In this document: piece after piece, positions 34,334 to 49,021 of the stretch | Numbering within the stretch: position 1 is the stretch's first letter | Layout of the letters: every line of letters starts with the position of its first letter | Program-made: the position numbers and the translations under genes | Source: Hypanus sabinus | Taxonomy: Eukaryota | DNA length: 64,000 nt | Reading direction: 5' to 3' | Assembly (NCBI RefSeq): GCF_030144855.1 | Contig: NC_082724.1 | Location: forward strand, 47,368,001 to 47,432,000 | Notes under the pieces: model-generated | What the model was told of the DNA's origin: nothing | What the model saw: the letters and a program-made list of their open reading frames with translations, nothing else | Database searches by the model: none

Positions 34334-37300
34334 ATGGTTAATACACTTAAACTTGTGAGCTGGAATGTAAAGGGATTGAATCACCCTGTTAAAAGAAAGC
34401 AGGTCTTCTCACATATTAAACAACTCAAAGTTGATATTTCTTTCCTTCAAGAAACTCATATTCGTAGTTTTGATAATTCTCGGCTTTTGTCAAAGTGGGC
34501 GGGTCAGCATTTTCATTCATCCTTTGCCGCCAAAGCTAGGGGGGGTCTCCATCCTTATTAACTCAAAATATTCCTTTTGAACTCCATAATAAGATATCTG
34601 ATACAAATGGCCATTTTATTATTGTTTCTTGTAAATTATATAATACTAAAGTTGTACTAGCAAACCTGTATGCCCCCAATTTTGATGATGTTAATTTTTT
34701 TTAACGTTTTTTCTCCTCACTACAAGACTTAAACTCATACTCTCTTATACTGGGTGGTGATTTCAATTGTTGGTTAGATCCTAATTTGAATCGATCGTCC
34801 TCTGTTACTAGACTACCTACTAAATCTGCCTTAGCTATTCAATCGTTTCTCTCTAATTATGGTATCTCTGATATATGGCGTTTCCTTCATCCTACTGAGA
34901 GAGATTATTCTTTTTTTCACATGTTCACCATACCTTTACTAGAATTGACTACTTCTTACTCGATAATCAACTTATTCCATTTGTCTATTCTTGTGATTAT
35001 CAAAGTATACTGATTTCTGACCATGTCCCAATTACTCCGTCTTTAAATTTTCCTGGTCTCCCTCAGAGGAATAAACACTGGCTGTTTGATTCGACTTTAT
35101 TATCGGATGATGATTTTCTAAAATTTATTAAGGATCAGATAACCTTTTATTTTAACACCAATACATCATCTGAAGTGTCATCCCAGATTGTCTGGGATGC
35201 CATGAAAGCATATTTGAGGGGTCAAATAATCTCCTATACAGCAAATCTTAATAGAAAGTCCTGTTCAGATCGATTAGACCTCATTAATCAGATTAAAGAA
35301 TTGGATCAACTGTATGCTCAAACTAAGAATCCTGAATTATACAAGAAGCGTGTAGAACTTCAAACTAAATTTAATCTTCTGTCTACTCAACCTGTCGAAC
35401 GCCAACTTCTTGAAAGTAAGAGTCGCTTTCATATTCATGGTGATAAATCTGGTAAATTTCTAGCCAATCAGCTGAGGCATTCCAAAGCCAAACAACATAT
35501 TACAAAGATCCGGAAGGAGAATGGAGACTTTACATTGGATCACTTAGAAATCAATGACGCATTTAAAAATTTTTATTCTGGACTTTATTCCTCTGAATCT
35601 CTGAATGAGAATATCTCTGAATGAGAATGAGAATATCTCTATTATTTTTAAAATAATCTGAATATTCCTTTGCTTTCATCTGATTTTAAAACTAAACTTA
35701 ATGCGCCTATATCATCAGAAGAAATATCTTTTACAATTTCTGCATTGTCTTCAGGGAAATCTCCTGGACCTGATGGGTTCCCCGTAGTATTCTATAAATC
35801 ATTCTCTTCACTTCTTTCTCCTCAGTTATTCTCAGTATTATCTGACTTGTTTAATTACGGTAAATTGCCACCCTCTTTTAATGAGATATCTATTATTCTT
35901 TTATTAAAAAAGGGTAAAGAGCCAACAGAGTGTTCCTCGTATAGGCTGATTTCTTTGCTTAATGTTGATGTTAAAATCTTGGCCAACGTTTTGGCTTATA
36001 GATTAGAAACTGTTATTCCCTCTATTATTTCTGAGGATCAAACTGGTTTTATTAAAAACCGTCTTCCTTTTTTTAACATTCGGCGTTTATTTAACATTTT
36101 ATATTCACCTCCAACTGGGATTTCTGAATGTGTTATTTCCCTCGATGCGGAGAAAGCATTCGATCGTTTAGAGTGGAACTAACTTTTTGCAGTTTTAGAA
36201 AAATTTGACCTCGGTCAAAGTTTTATCTCTTGGATCAAATTGCTGTATCTGTGTCCCACTGCCTCTGTTTTGACTAATTTTCAGAAATCCCAGTTATTTA
36301 ACCTCAAATGTGACACCTGTCAGGGATGCCCTTTAAGTCCCTTTCTCTTTGATTTGGCTATGGAACCTTTGGCGATAGCATTTCGAAATTATCCTGAATT
36401 GACCGGGATTTGGAGAGGGGGTGTTGAGCATAAAGTTTCTCTTTAGGCTGATGACTTATTACTTTTTCTTTCAAATCTGTCTACATCCTTACCTCCAATG
36501 TTTTCACTTCTTGATCAGTTTAGCCAAATCTCTGGCTATAAACTTTTCCCAATTAATAAAGAAGCACAAGAATTAACATTCCGTGATCTCCCTTTTAAAA
36601 TAGTTCATGATCAATTTACTTATCTTGGGATTACAGTCACAAGGAAGTTTAAAGATCTTTTTCGTGAAAACTTTGCCAATCTTTCATATACTATAAAACA
36701 GAGTCTGTTACAATGGTCACCTCTATCTATGTCTTTGGTAGGTCGTATTAATGTTGTTAAAATGTTTGTTCTCCCTAAACTTTTATACTTATTTCAACCT
36801 ATCCCAATTTTTATTCCTAAATCTTTTTTTGATTCCTGAGACTCTATTATTTTTTCACATCTGTGGAAGAATAAGCGCTCTAGAATTAATAAAGTCTATC
36901 TCCAAAAACCTAAAAAAGAGGGTGGCATGGCTTTACCTAACTTTCGTTTATATTATTGGGCAGCCAATATACATTGTGCTACCTTTTGGTCTTTTTTCCA
37001 TGGCCAACCCGAGTGCCCTAATTGGGTGGCAATGGATTTGAGCTCCACTAAAGATTTATCTATCTCTGCACTTCTTGGCTCTGTACTCCCTAGTAGTTTG
37101 TCCAGATTAATAGTTAATCCTCTTGTTAGACACACTTTGCTTATATGGGCTCAGTTTAGGAAATTTTATGGTTTCCATGGTTTTTCCTTTTCTAGCCCTA
37201 TCTTACATAATCACCTTTTTTTGTCTACTACATATGATTCAGCGTTCCATGATTGGTATAGGAAGGGCATTAGACATTTTGAAGATCTTTTTATTGATAA

Positions 37301-38118
37301 TCACCGCTTCTTTTCAACAGCTCTCTGCTAAATTCAATCTGCCCAATGCTCATTTTTTTAGTTATCTCCAAATTAGACACTTTATTAATCCTTTAATTCC
37401 TAACTTCCCTGAAATGCCTGAGAAAAATGTTATGGATTTCTTTCTTTCTATTCATCCACTAGGTAAAAGTTTAATATCATTTATTCGTGATAAATTAGCA
37501 GCCTTACAACGTGCCCCTGTGGATAAAATTAAAATGGCATAGGAGCATGATTTAAATACCTCCTTATCTGATGAGACTTGGGATTTGATTCTCAAATCGG
37601 TTAATTCAACCTCTCTTTGTGCTCGCCATTGCCTTTTACAGTTTAAGATTGTACATAGAGCCCATATGTCTAAATCTAAATTATCTCGATTTTACCCTAA
37701 CATTAGTCCGCTTTGTGATAAATGCAAAAGGGGCAAGGCCTCTCTCATTCATATGTACTGGTTTTGTCCGAGCTTGGAGAAATTTTGGAAGGATGTCTTC
37801 ATAACGTTATCACATATTCTGAATCACCACTTAGAACCTAAACCTTTAATTTCTTTGTTCGGTTTTTTGGGTGAGACAGATTTGCGTCTGAGTTCGACTA
37901 AGTGTTGAATATTATCTTTTGCTTCTCTCCTGGCTAGAAGTTTAATCCTCCTTAGATGGAGAGATGTTGCCCCGCCCATGCATGCTCAATGGCTTAATGA
38001 TATTATGGCCTGCTTAGACCTTGAAAAAATTCATTATTCAGTTCTTAATTTGGATATAAAGTTCCATAAGGTCTGGGGACCTTTTATTGAGTACTTTCAT
38101 AACCTTCCTCTTAACTAA
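34334..38118 (+). pseudogene. L1 ORF2 (APE endonuclease, RT, CCHC), multiple stops and frameshifts
   Basis: SWNVKGLN, LQETH, GGDFN, WDAMKAYLRG, KSPGPDGF, YRLISLLNVDVKI, SLDAEKAFD, QGCPLSP and CDKC...HMYWFC. The YADD tyrosine codon is TAG at 36444-36446. Confidence 0.93.
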
Positions 38119-38454
38119 GGTTTTTTTCCCGGTCCCTTGCTTTCAGCTCCTTTCTTTTTGGTAGTAGGCATTAATATCTTCTCTTGCTAAGTGTATTTAC
38201 AGTTTTGGGGGTTTGATTGTCCTGATTTGTATTCTCTGTGGTTGGTTTGGAGTTCTTTTTTTTTGTTGCGGGGCTTGGGGAGGATACTAATTTTACATGT
38301 CTTCAATTTTGGTGCTTTCTCAATTATCTTTTTTTGTACCATATTATTATTTTATGTTTATTTTTGCACTGAATCAATGTTCTTCATTTTGATCTGGGTT
38401 TTTTTTTATCTGTAGCAATGTAGAAAATATATAAAAAAAAAACTAATTAAAAAA

Positions 38455-38470
38455 AAGACCTTACCTCAGC
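38455..38470 (+). repeat. L1 target-site duplication, right copy
   Basis: AAGACCTTACCTCAGC. Confidence 0.95.
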
Positions 38471-39626
38471 TAATTAACTTGGGTTAAGTAAATGAGTACT
38501 CAAATCTTGATAAATTCAAACTCGCACTTTATTGTATCAATGCAAATGTTCTATGTAAACTTGTTATGATTGACACAGGGTCAATACTTTAGGTCCTTGA
38601 ATGCTATTGCTCCTTCCAGTATTAATATTCACCGAGACTCTTGCTCCAACTTCTCCAACTTGTAAGACTGAAATGGGGGATTTCCTGTCGGCCAAACAAT
38701 GATCCTTCTTCTCTCTAGCCCTGGCATGGTAGTCTTTCTCGTAATAGGTGCTCATTCACTGCACATACAAAATCCTTCAATACTACTCTTTTTATTCTAC
38801 CAGTTTTGAACCATTATACCTTGATTCCATTGATTCGGACTTAACTGGTCAGCCTATGTCTGTTTTTCATTGGTTCTGGCCCAAGGCTGCAGATAAGTTA
38901 ACTCATTATTCTTAGCCCAAGTAAGAATTCACCAGTGATGTCATTTCCTTGCTTTTTCCAGATTCCAACCAGTTCAAACCAGTTATGGCCAGTTCAACTC
39001 ACATACTGGCCTCAGCTTACTTCAGTTCACGGGTACAAACTATTCTTCTTTTCAGCCTTCATTGACTCTTCTACCTTATCAAAGGCAATCCTACTACTAA
39101 CTACTTAATTGGAAATTATCTCTGATTTAGCAGATTATTTTGATTAGCTTGATCCAGCAATGATTAGTTTAAAAAAAGTTGGCAAAATGGTGGTCACAAC
39201 AACAATGTCATAAAATGACAGCCTCCATCTCTTCCATCCCGTGCTGACAAGAACGACATTATTTTGTTGCTTACTTGTCCACTGTCCTTGACTTATTCCA
39301 GCTAGCTGTTCCACAGATTTTAAATTTCTTCAGGCAAACAGGGACAATAAATGTTCGTAAGTGGTCATTCAGGAGAAATTAATTAACCATTTCAAAGAAC
39401 GCATCAGGCAAATGAATACTTTTTAAAGGGACACAGGATGAAAAAAAGCACAAAGAAAGAATAAATGATATTCTGGTTTAGGTAGAAAGAGAGTGGTGGG
39501 AGGGGACTGTGATGCAGGAAACTAAAGACCAATTGTGTAAGCAATGTATTATTAATCCTATATATGTGGTGAAACCACCTTCCCTTCTAATTTTGAGTGG
39601 AGATAGATTGACGAAGAAACTCAATC

Positions 39627-40373
39627 ACATAGAAACATTGAAAACCTACAGCACAATACTGGCCCATGGGCCCACAAAGTTGTGCCAAACATGTCCCTAC
39701 CTTAGAAATTATGAGGCTTATCATAGCCCTCTATTTTACTAAGCTCCATGTACCTATCCAAAAGTCTCTATATAGACCCTATCGTATCCACCTCCACCAC
39801 CATTGCCGGCAGCCCAATCCACGCACTCACCACTCTCTGTGTAAAAAAAAAACTGACCCCTGACATCTCCTCTGTACCTACTCCACAGCACCCTAAACCT
39901 GTGTCCTCTTGTGACAACCATTTCAGGCCTTGGAAAAAATCTCTGACTATCCACATGCCTCTCATCATCTTATACACCTCTGTCAGGTCACCTCTCATCC
40001 TCCATCGCTCCAAGGATAAAAGGCTGAGTTCACTCAACCTATTCTCATAAGGCATGCTCCCCAATCCAGGCAACATCCTTGTAAATCTCCTCTGCACTCT
40101 TTTGATGGCTTCCACATCCTTCCTATAGTGAGGCAACCAGAACTGAGCACAGTACTCCGTGGGGTCTGACCAGGGTCCTATATCGCTGCAACATTACCTC
40201 TCGCCTCCTAAATTCAATTCTACAATTAATGAAGGCCAATGCACTGCATGCCTTCTTAACCACAGAGTCAACCTGCGCAGCTGCTTTAAGTGTACTATGG
40301 ACTCGGACCCCAAGATCCCTCTGATCCTCCGCACTGTCAAGAGTCTTACCATTAATACTATATTCTGCCATCA
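39627..40373 (-). mobile_element. 5'-truncated CR1 fragment
   Basis: EDQRDLGVRVH...YRTLVRP and RVQRRFTRMLPGL...RMRGDL on the minus strand, with a CR1 3' UTR and tail. Confidence 0.9.
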
Positions 40374-42134
40374 TATTTCACATGGAACAGCTCTTGTCTA
40401 TACATGGACAGAGCAAAATGTGATCATGATTGTTTCCTTGACTTTTTGTCCAGCTCTTAAATTTGACTGGCTAATCACTGGTGTGAATCGTAAATAAGAA
40501 TGTGACACATTATCATGTAACCGTATCAAGTGACATTATTCCCTGTGTGCAAGGAAGGGGATGCACTATGTGTTAGGTCATGGCCGTGGTTGAAGTTTAC
40601 ATCAGTGGGACCAAAATCAAAAACAATCTTTGGTGCACTACACCAGTCATACAGGGTGCTTGAAATGATGAGTTACAATTTCCTGAGTCATTGTGTATTA
40701 ATGTTCCATTTTAATCTAAGGGCTCCTATTGCAACGATACAATAAACAAAAAATACAAAAATTGTGATTTGGAAAGTAATGTGCTGTTTTTTGTTCCTTC
40801 AGCGCACACTGCCACAATCGGCCTTGATATGCATTTTAACAGTAAAAGTGGCACTGTTGCTATGGTCACCATCATGATATGGAAAAACCTTAAATTATTT
40901 TAATTTGCCAGCATGATATATTGCTGATGTTTATCTGAGAACTCTATTTAATTTTATAAAAGTCTTCCTAGCACCCACTCTAGTCATCCAAAGTTGCTAA
41001 ATGTTGAATCAGACAGTGGCTGATTGGAATTCACAGCTGGGACTTTATTTTTTTTACACAGCAGCTGGATGCTGTTGGGAAATTGAGTGGTGTCTGTCCT
41101 TAATTGTCCTCTGGCTGAGTGACAGGCTCAACCTTTCTGGAGGGCAATTGGAAGCCAACCACATTGTTGCAGGTTAGGAGTCATTAGGCCTGGTAATAAT
41201 GAAAGATTCCCTTCCCTGAAGGATGCTGATGAACCAGATGCCTTTTTACAACAATTGAGTGACTTTGTGATCATTATTATTTATGCTACACTTTTATTGC
41301 AGTTTCATGAAACTAGCCAAACCAAAGTCAACAGTTCAGCTCTTGTCAGAATCTCTATAATCTGTTTGATGATCCCATTTCTCCTTCCCAGCTCCAATTC
41401 TGTTATTCGTTTGCAGCTGCCTGTCATCAAGCCTAATGACAATGATTACATAATAAGTAGAAATGCAAGCTGAACTGGGCTTTCAGGTGATCTGATTCTG
41501 AGGTATTAAATGACAGATTTACTTTGTGCTGCACTGTGGTCCTTACTAAACATTTGAACAAGTGCAGTGCTTGATTTTAGAATATACGAGCAATTCAAGT
41601 TTATGAAGTTTATGTCAAGTGCACAGGTACAGTGAAAAACTTGCAGCAACATCACATGCATGCATATATCACACTCAGAGCATGTAAATTGTACAAGGCA
41701 GTGAAGAAAAAAATGTGTGAAATAGGTGCAATCACTCGAGTCAGGTATGATGTTCTCCTGAGGGGTTGTTCTTCAAATGGTTGTCGATGCCAATCGGGGA
41801 TTGATAGATTTTGGTGCAGTGTGGGAAAGAAAGTGGTGGCTATGGTGATATTAGTACAGAAAAAGACAGATACACATTGATCGTGGTTCAGGATTTGGAC
41901 TATTGAGCACCTTTGCTGAGATTGGAGGTTAGTTCAAGAACATGATGGCAGTAGGAATGTAATTCTTTCTGAATACCATGTTACATATTAACTCTCCCAG
42001 CACTACCTTGGTTTAAAAAGCAGTATGCAGAAGTCAGTCAAAAGGTACTCCACAGCCTTCTAACTGAGGACCGTCAGTTATACTGATGACAGTGCTAATA
42101 CAGACTTTTTCATTTGCGTACTATTCACCTGAAT

Positions 42135-42350
42135 GCAGCAAACAAAGATTTGGAAGAGCTCAACAGGTCAGATTGTATCTGTGGAGGAAAATGGACAGTC
42201 GATGGTTCAGGACAAGACACTGTAACTGGACTGCTGAAAGGATCTGATGGAGTGCCTCAGCCTGAAACGTTAAGTGTCTGTTTCCTTCCCACACACTACC
42301 TGTCCATTTCCTTTCATAGATGCTGCCTGACTAACATTTTGTTTGTTGTA
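42135..42350. mobile_element. Inverted pair of degenerate Penelope termini
   Basis: Minus-strand end (gaagagctcaacaggtcag...ggactg) followed by a plus-strand end (ctgatggag...cctgaaacgtt...atagatgctgcctgac). Confidence 0.5.
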
Positions 42351-42359
42351 CACACTAGC

Positions 42360-42870
42360 TGTGTGGTGAAAATAGCAAAACAACACCTCTTTTACCACAA
42401 ATAGTTGAGGAGGTTTGGTATGGGCCCCCAGCTCCTAAGAACTTTCTACAGGGGCACAATTGAGAGCATCCTGAATGGCTGCATCACTGTCTGGTATGGG
42501 AACTGTACTCCCCTCAATCGCAGGACTCTGCCGAGACTGGTGCGGACAGCCCAGCACATCTGCAGTTGTGAACTTCCCATGATTCAGGACACTTGCAGAG
42601 ATAGGTGTGAGAAAAGGATCACCCCAGCCACAATCTGTTCCAGCTGCTACCATCCAGGAAAAAGGCAGGACCAACAGGAACTGGAACAGCTTCTTCCACC
42701 AGGCCATCAGACTGATTAACTGGTGCTGATTTGAGTGTATTTCTATGTTACATTGACTGTTCTATTTATTATTAACTACTATGATTGCACATTGCACAAT
42801 TAGATGGAGATGTAATGTAAAGATTTTTACTCTTCATGTATGTGAAGGATGTCAAGTCAATTTAATTAAA
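42360..42870 (+). mobile_element. Rex1/Babar LINE 3' fragment
   Basis: RRFGMGPQLLRTFYRGTIESILNGCITVWYGNCT and NSFF. Confidence 0.8.
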
Positions 42871-42911
42871 TTCCATCACCTGCAGTTCCATTAGAATCCA
42901 GAAGAACTTAG

Positions 42912-43350
42912 AATTCAGAATCAGGTTCAATATCACTGACATACAGAATGTCACAAGATTTGTTGTTTTGTGGTAGCATTACAGTGCAATACATATAAAT
43001 ACTATAAATCACAATCAGAAAAATACAGTATACAGAAAATTGAATTAGATAAGTAGTGCAAAAAGAGATTTAAAATAGTGAGGTGTTAATGGGTTGGTTT
43101 GTTCAGGAATTTGATGATAGAGGGGAAAAAGCTGATCATAAGAAGTTGAATGTGTGTCCTCAGGCCCCTGTACTTTCCCCTTGCAGTAAAAAGAAGACAG
43201 CACATCCTGGGTGATGGGGTTACTTAATGACAGGTGCTGCCTTTTGCAGGTGATGCTGGGGAGGCTAGAATCCATGATGAAGCTGGGTGTGCAACCATCT
43301 GCAGCCTTTTCTGATCCTGCACAGAGAACCCTCTACTCAAGACAGTGAAA
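42912..43350 (-). mobile_element. Rex1/Babar LINE 3' fragment
   Basis: Tail cagaatcaggttcaatatcactgacat, homologous to 7290-7500. Confidence 0.6.
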
Positions 43351-44046
43351 TGTCTCCATTAACCTGACTGCCTCATATTTTTTATGGAGGTTTGAGCAGG
43401 TGTTTGTATTTTGACTTAAACTGCATTCTACAAGAATAGAAGCAGCAATGGTCATGAGGGTAGTGTGCTCCATTCCTTCTGCATCTTTCAGCTGGGCTAA
43501 AACTTATCAGTTACAACTGGTGCTGGTCCATTGGCATGGTCAGGTAGGATGTAGCTGGATTACAGACAGGCAATGGTCAACAAATACTTATTATTCCTCT
43601 GCACCATCGATATTGAACAAAAGTGTTCAGTTGGACATTATCCCACTACAGTCCTTAAAGTGCAATATATCTTCTCAACAAATGTCCCTTCATCAACCAA
43701 TAGCATCAAAAGCCGATTAACTAGTCATTCATCCAAAGCTGGACCTCATTAAATGAGATTTGGAGTGAATAATAATCAGAAAAGATTGTGCAGTTGGCAT
43801 TCAAAAAACGCAATGAGCTGCAATCTCTAAATGAAAAACTCCTTGCTCGTCTGTTATTATTAGGCATGCATTTTTAAAAAATGATGTATTAACAGTTCAG
43901 AACAGACTTTATCTAGGCACAGATTTGATCAGGAAGTAATAAAAGAGTTAAGTTGGTTACCTTAGATATTCAAGCAAACTAAAATGTAAAATATTCATGG
44001 TGAATATTCAGAGTTGATCAAAATCTATTTGGTACATAAAATATTA

Positions 44047-44210
44047 CATAGAACATAGAAAACCTACATCATAATACAGGCCCTTTGGCCCACAAAGTTG
44101 TGCCAAACATGTCCCTACCTTAGAAATTACTTGGCTTACCCATAGCCCTCTATTTTTCTAAGTTCCATGTACCTATCCAAAAGTCTCTTAAAAGACCCTA
44201 TCGTATCTGC
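44047..44210 (-). mobile_element. CR1 3' end, same subfamily as 39627
   Basis: Closely matches 39627-39790. Confidence 0.85.
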
Positions 44211-44877
44211 AGCTTGATTCACTTTGATCCATTAAATGGTATTCCTACTCTTGCATTAAATGTATTGACCAGTGATCTTTACATCTGCCAATGTCAGTCA
44301 GGAAACTGGTAAAAGATGCTATAGACTTTGGCAAGGTCCAATTGAATTAGACACAGGCTCCAATATTGGTAATTATCCCATGCGTATATATATCTGAACT
44401 CTTCATATTGATGGAAATCACAAATTGAAATTGACTTAGTTATTTTCAAGTTTTGAACTCATTCCCAGTACCTGTCAGCAGTAAAGTTAATAAGATCACT
44501 GGGAAACCGTTACTCGAGTTACCCAGAAGATAATGGAAGGTTGTGTATGATTGCTGGTTGCTATTGAGCTCAGCCCCAGCACACTACTGCAGGTTTTTTT
44601 CCACGCAGTACTATGCCCCAAACACTGTCTCTTTCCTCAGCAAACTTTCCTCCATTGTAACACCACATGCGAGGCTATTCAGTGATTTTTTGCCTTGATA
44701 AGCTCAATTTAAAATTCCTCAGAAGATTTTTTATTTGGTGATACATAAAAGCCTTCAATAAGGCAGAATCAAAAACTTATATTTGTCTTCAATTGCATCA
44801 TGATTACCAAATCCCCCACTACTGATATCTGCAATACCAATATTGACCAAGAAATCAGTAGCTACTGTACCCAATGA

Positions 44878-45365
44878 GAATGATTCTTTACGAAAATGAT
44901 TCTAGGAATGAAAGGGTTACTCTGTGAGGAACATCTGGCAGCTCTTGGGCAGTATTCCCTGGAGCTCAAGAGAATGAGAGGGGTTCTTGTAGAAACATTC
45001 AGAATATTAAGAGGCCTGAACAGATTAGATAGGGCAAAGTTATTTCCCATGGTAGGGGATTCTAGGACAAGAGGGCATGACTTCAGGATTGAAGCACATC
45101 CTTTTAGATCTGAATTGTGGAGAAATTACTTTAGTCAGAGGGTGGAATTTGTTGCAACGAGTGGCTATGGAGAACAGTCATTTGGTGTATTTAAGGCAGA
45201 GATATATAGGTTCTTGATTAGCTAGGGCATATATGGGTATGGGGTGAAAGCAGGGGAGTGGGGATGATGGGAAGAATTGGATCAACACATGATTGAATGG
45301 CAGAGCAGTCTCAATGGGCTGAATGGCCTACTTCTGCTCCTATATCCTATAGTCTTATGATCTTA
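44878..45365 (+). mobile_element. CR1 3' fragment
   Basis: SLELKRMRGVLVETFRIL...SRTRGH, plus a tail. Confidence 0.85.
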
Positions 45366-45574
45366 TAAACAGAATCTAATGGTTCTGGTCAGTAGCTGAA
45401 TATATAGTGGCATGATCCTCATGTTCTATTTTTTCCATTTCTTCCAAGCAGAATTTTAAAGGAATAGTATCCTCTTTTCCAGATGAAGGAAGTGACACCA
45501 ACATTCAACCATCCACCCAGTGTTGAGTTTCAATTTATCAACAGGTCAAAAGTCATTGCAACCAATCACAAAAG

Positions 45575-46126
45575 GGCAAAGGTATCAAATGTATAGGAGC
45601 ACCTTTGCTGACACTTTGCTGAGGTTTTGTAAGGCATTGGTTAGACTGCACAGTAGTTTTTGGACCCTTTTTGAGGAAAGGATGTGCTGGCATTGGAGAG
45701 TCGCCAGAGGAGGTTCATGAGAATGATCCTGGGAATGAAAGTGTTAACATATGAGGAGCCTACACTCACTGGAGATTAGAGAAAAAGCCTGTTGGATATT
45801 GATAAGGCTAGGCAGAGTGAATGTGGAAAGGATGTTTCTTATAGAATAGAGAGTTGTCCATTTAGAACCGAGGTGAAGAAGAATTTCTTCAGTGAGGATG
45901 GTGAATCTGTGGAATTAGTTGCCACAAATAACTGTGGAAGTCAGGTCATTGAATATATTTAAAGTGGAGGTTGATAGATTCTGGATTAGTAAGGACTTCA
46001 GATGTTATGGGGAGAAGGCAGAGGAAAGGGGTTGAGAGAAATGATAAATCGGCCGTGATGAAATGGCAGGACTCAATGGACTGAACAGCTAAATTCCGCT
46101 CCTGGTCTTATTCTCTTATGGTCTTA
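45575..46126 (+). mobile_element. CR1 3' fragment
   Basis: LLRFCKALVRLH, plus a CR1 3' UTR. Confidence 0.75.
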
Positions 46127-46756
46127 CCTTGCTGAGTTGGCCTTACGGTTATTGCCTAGTTGATGGAGAGCTGATACCATGAAATATCCTACTCAACTGT
46201 ATTACAAAAGTACATTCAGCACAACTTCTGTAGCAAATTAACATCAAATATCATCAATGTCTTTTTAAGAGAAACCAGGGAGGGCAATTAATATTGCTGT
46301 CATCAGTGACACCCATTTCCCATGATGAGCACCTACTGGGCAATGCTTAAGCTTGCACCCAACTGCCGGTAGATAACCACCCTTCGTGTCCTTGCCACTC
46401 ACACAAACGTGGAACTCCTGAGATTTCTATGCAGACTCTGCTGCACTCCAACACTGGACCCCATGTGGAGTCCAAGAGCAGGTTTGGTAATGCCAATTAA
46501 CCCCTACTTGCTAAGTTGATTGGATAAGTTCAGTTACTTTAAAATGCAAAGAGTAGGAATTAATAGGTAGGAATAAACTGGTAATTGCTGCTCAACTTAA
46601 GTAGTATCCATTTGGGAAGACATTGAAGGGAACAGGTAATACATGAATATACTATTAAAGCAAAAGTATTGAAGAATCATTAAACTCGGTAAGTAGCAGC
46701 AGAATGTAAGTACTAATGAGGACCTCTGAGTAATGGTATTAGAGCAAGTTTAAGAA

Positions 46757-47000
46757 TGTTTAGAGCAATGAAGAAGAATTTCCTCAACCAGAGGGTGACG
46801 AGTCTGGAATATGTTGCCACCGGCTCTGAGGAGGCCAAGTCATTGGGTGTACTTTTGGTAGTGGTAAATAAGTTTTTGATTGGCAAGAGTGATTATTGCT
46901 ACACAGGTAGAGCCAGGAGAATAGGGAAAAAGCATCATCCACATTTGAATGGCAGAACAGAGGGCCAAATAGCTTAACTCTGGTTTTATATCTTACGGTG
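46757..47000 (+). mobile_element. CR1 3' fragment
   Basis: MKKNFLNQRV, plus a 3' UTR. Confidence 0.65.
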
Positions 47001-47164
47001 ATTCACAATTTTTTAATTATTTCAATTTGCATTGATCTTCTGAACTATTTTGTAAGTGATCAAGTTTTTTCAATGTTTATTTTAGAAATAATGGTTTCGT
47101 TCAGTTTTGCTGGTTGTTAAAGTTTCCTTCTGTTGTTAGTTGTTGGGGTGTGGATAGGCTCAAT

Positions 47165-47460
47165 GGCATGGCATCATTACATTATGTAAAACCATTTTCT
47201 TTGGCCTGAGGTGCCACCTACCACAAAGTAACTCGTGCTACACAGCTCCAGTGACCAAGTTTGATCCTGTCCTCTGGTGCATGTTTTTTTTGCAGTATTT
47301 ATGTGAGTTTCCTCTGTGTGCTCCAATTTCCAAAGGTATACTGGTTGATAAGTTAATTGGCCACTGCAAATTCCTTCTACAATATGTAAGCGACAAGAAA
47401 ACCATAGGGAGTAAACAGACATGTAAAAGAAAAGGTTAAAAGGAATTGAATATGTGAACA
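47165..47460 (+). mobile_element. Degenerate V-SINE
   Basis: cacagctccagtgacc...tttgatcctgtcctctggtgc and ttaattggccactgcaaatt. Confidence 0.55.
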
Positions 47461-48534
47461 AGACTAAAGTAAATCCTCTAGGGGGGGCTGATATTAACTT
47501 GATTGCTAAATGATCTCCATGTATGCTTATAAGAAATATTATGAGAAGGCTTGCAAAAATCCATTTTCTCATTGTAGAGTAATAGTAAGTGCTGTCAAAC
47601 TTAGTGCAAGTAGTATTTCTTGTTCCACACGTTACTTTAATATTCAGGTGCATTTCCCATTAAGTGTTTTCTAGGGGAATACATAGAGAGAAATAGGAGC
47701 AATAGGAACGATGAGTAGTTAAAGATGTCAGAAGAGGAAGAAAGCTTCTACTGAGAGTTCAATAAGATAGAAAACCCAAGAAGGAAAGAGTAAGAATGAT
47801 AGAAAATGAGCATTAGCAACACACACAAAATGCTTTAGGAACTTAGCAGGTCAGGCAGCATATATGGAAATAAATAAACAGTCACAACATCTCAGGCCAA
47901 AATAAGTGGAATGACTTTAAGCAGAATTTTGTTTTATTTGAATTATCTCACAGTGAGCAGCTATAAAGTAATTCAACATATGTTGGGTTAATACTTATAG
48001 CCAACATTTAACAGATTAATGTATTTATTCTAAAAAATAACCCATTTGGAAAAAATGAATCAAATATCTTGATCTTAATTAGAAATTAACGATATTTTCT
48101 CATGTAAAAGTGATAGTTCAAAAACTAGTTTAGAAAGCACGAACATTTTCAGCATGAGTTCGCTTTGAAACAAAAAAGTTAATATAATTAATTGGCTGTA
48201 ATGTAAAAATAGGACATTGCACACAAGCATTCCTCCACCACATTGCTCGTTGAGTACTTTGCTTCTTCTTTCTGTCCTTTCAAGATATTACAACCTTCTG
48301 TACGCACTGATCTCATGGTTGGTATGTAAATTCCTCACATTGGGGAATGCAAATTTTTGTCCCACCAATTGTTAATGCCTTTTTCTGTGGTAATTAGAAA
48401 TTGACTTTGAGGGTATTGTGTTAGACCTTTGGAAAGTAAGTCCATCTCATAAAGATGCCATTAGCTTAGTATCAAAGTGATTTTGATGACTTTCTGAAGA
48501 TGTGTTGATTGGATTGGTTAATTAGCTGCTCTCA

Positions 48535-49021
<487 letters not shown>

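Larger units (their letters stand above)
32566..38454 (+). mobile_element. Full-length L1-clade LINE, inactivated
   Basis: Starts GGACTTCCGGTAAGATGGCG, then ORF1, a long spacer, ORF2, a T-rich 3' UTR and an A-rich tail, flanked by a perfect 16-bp TSD. Confidence 0.96.
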
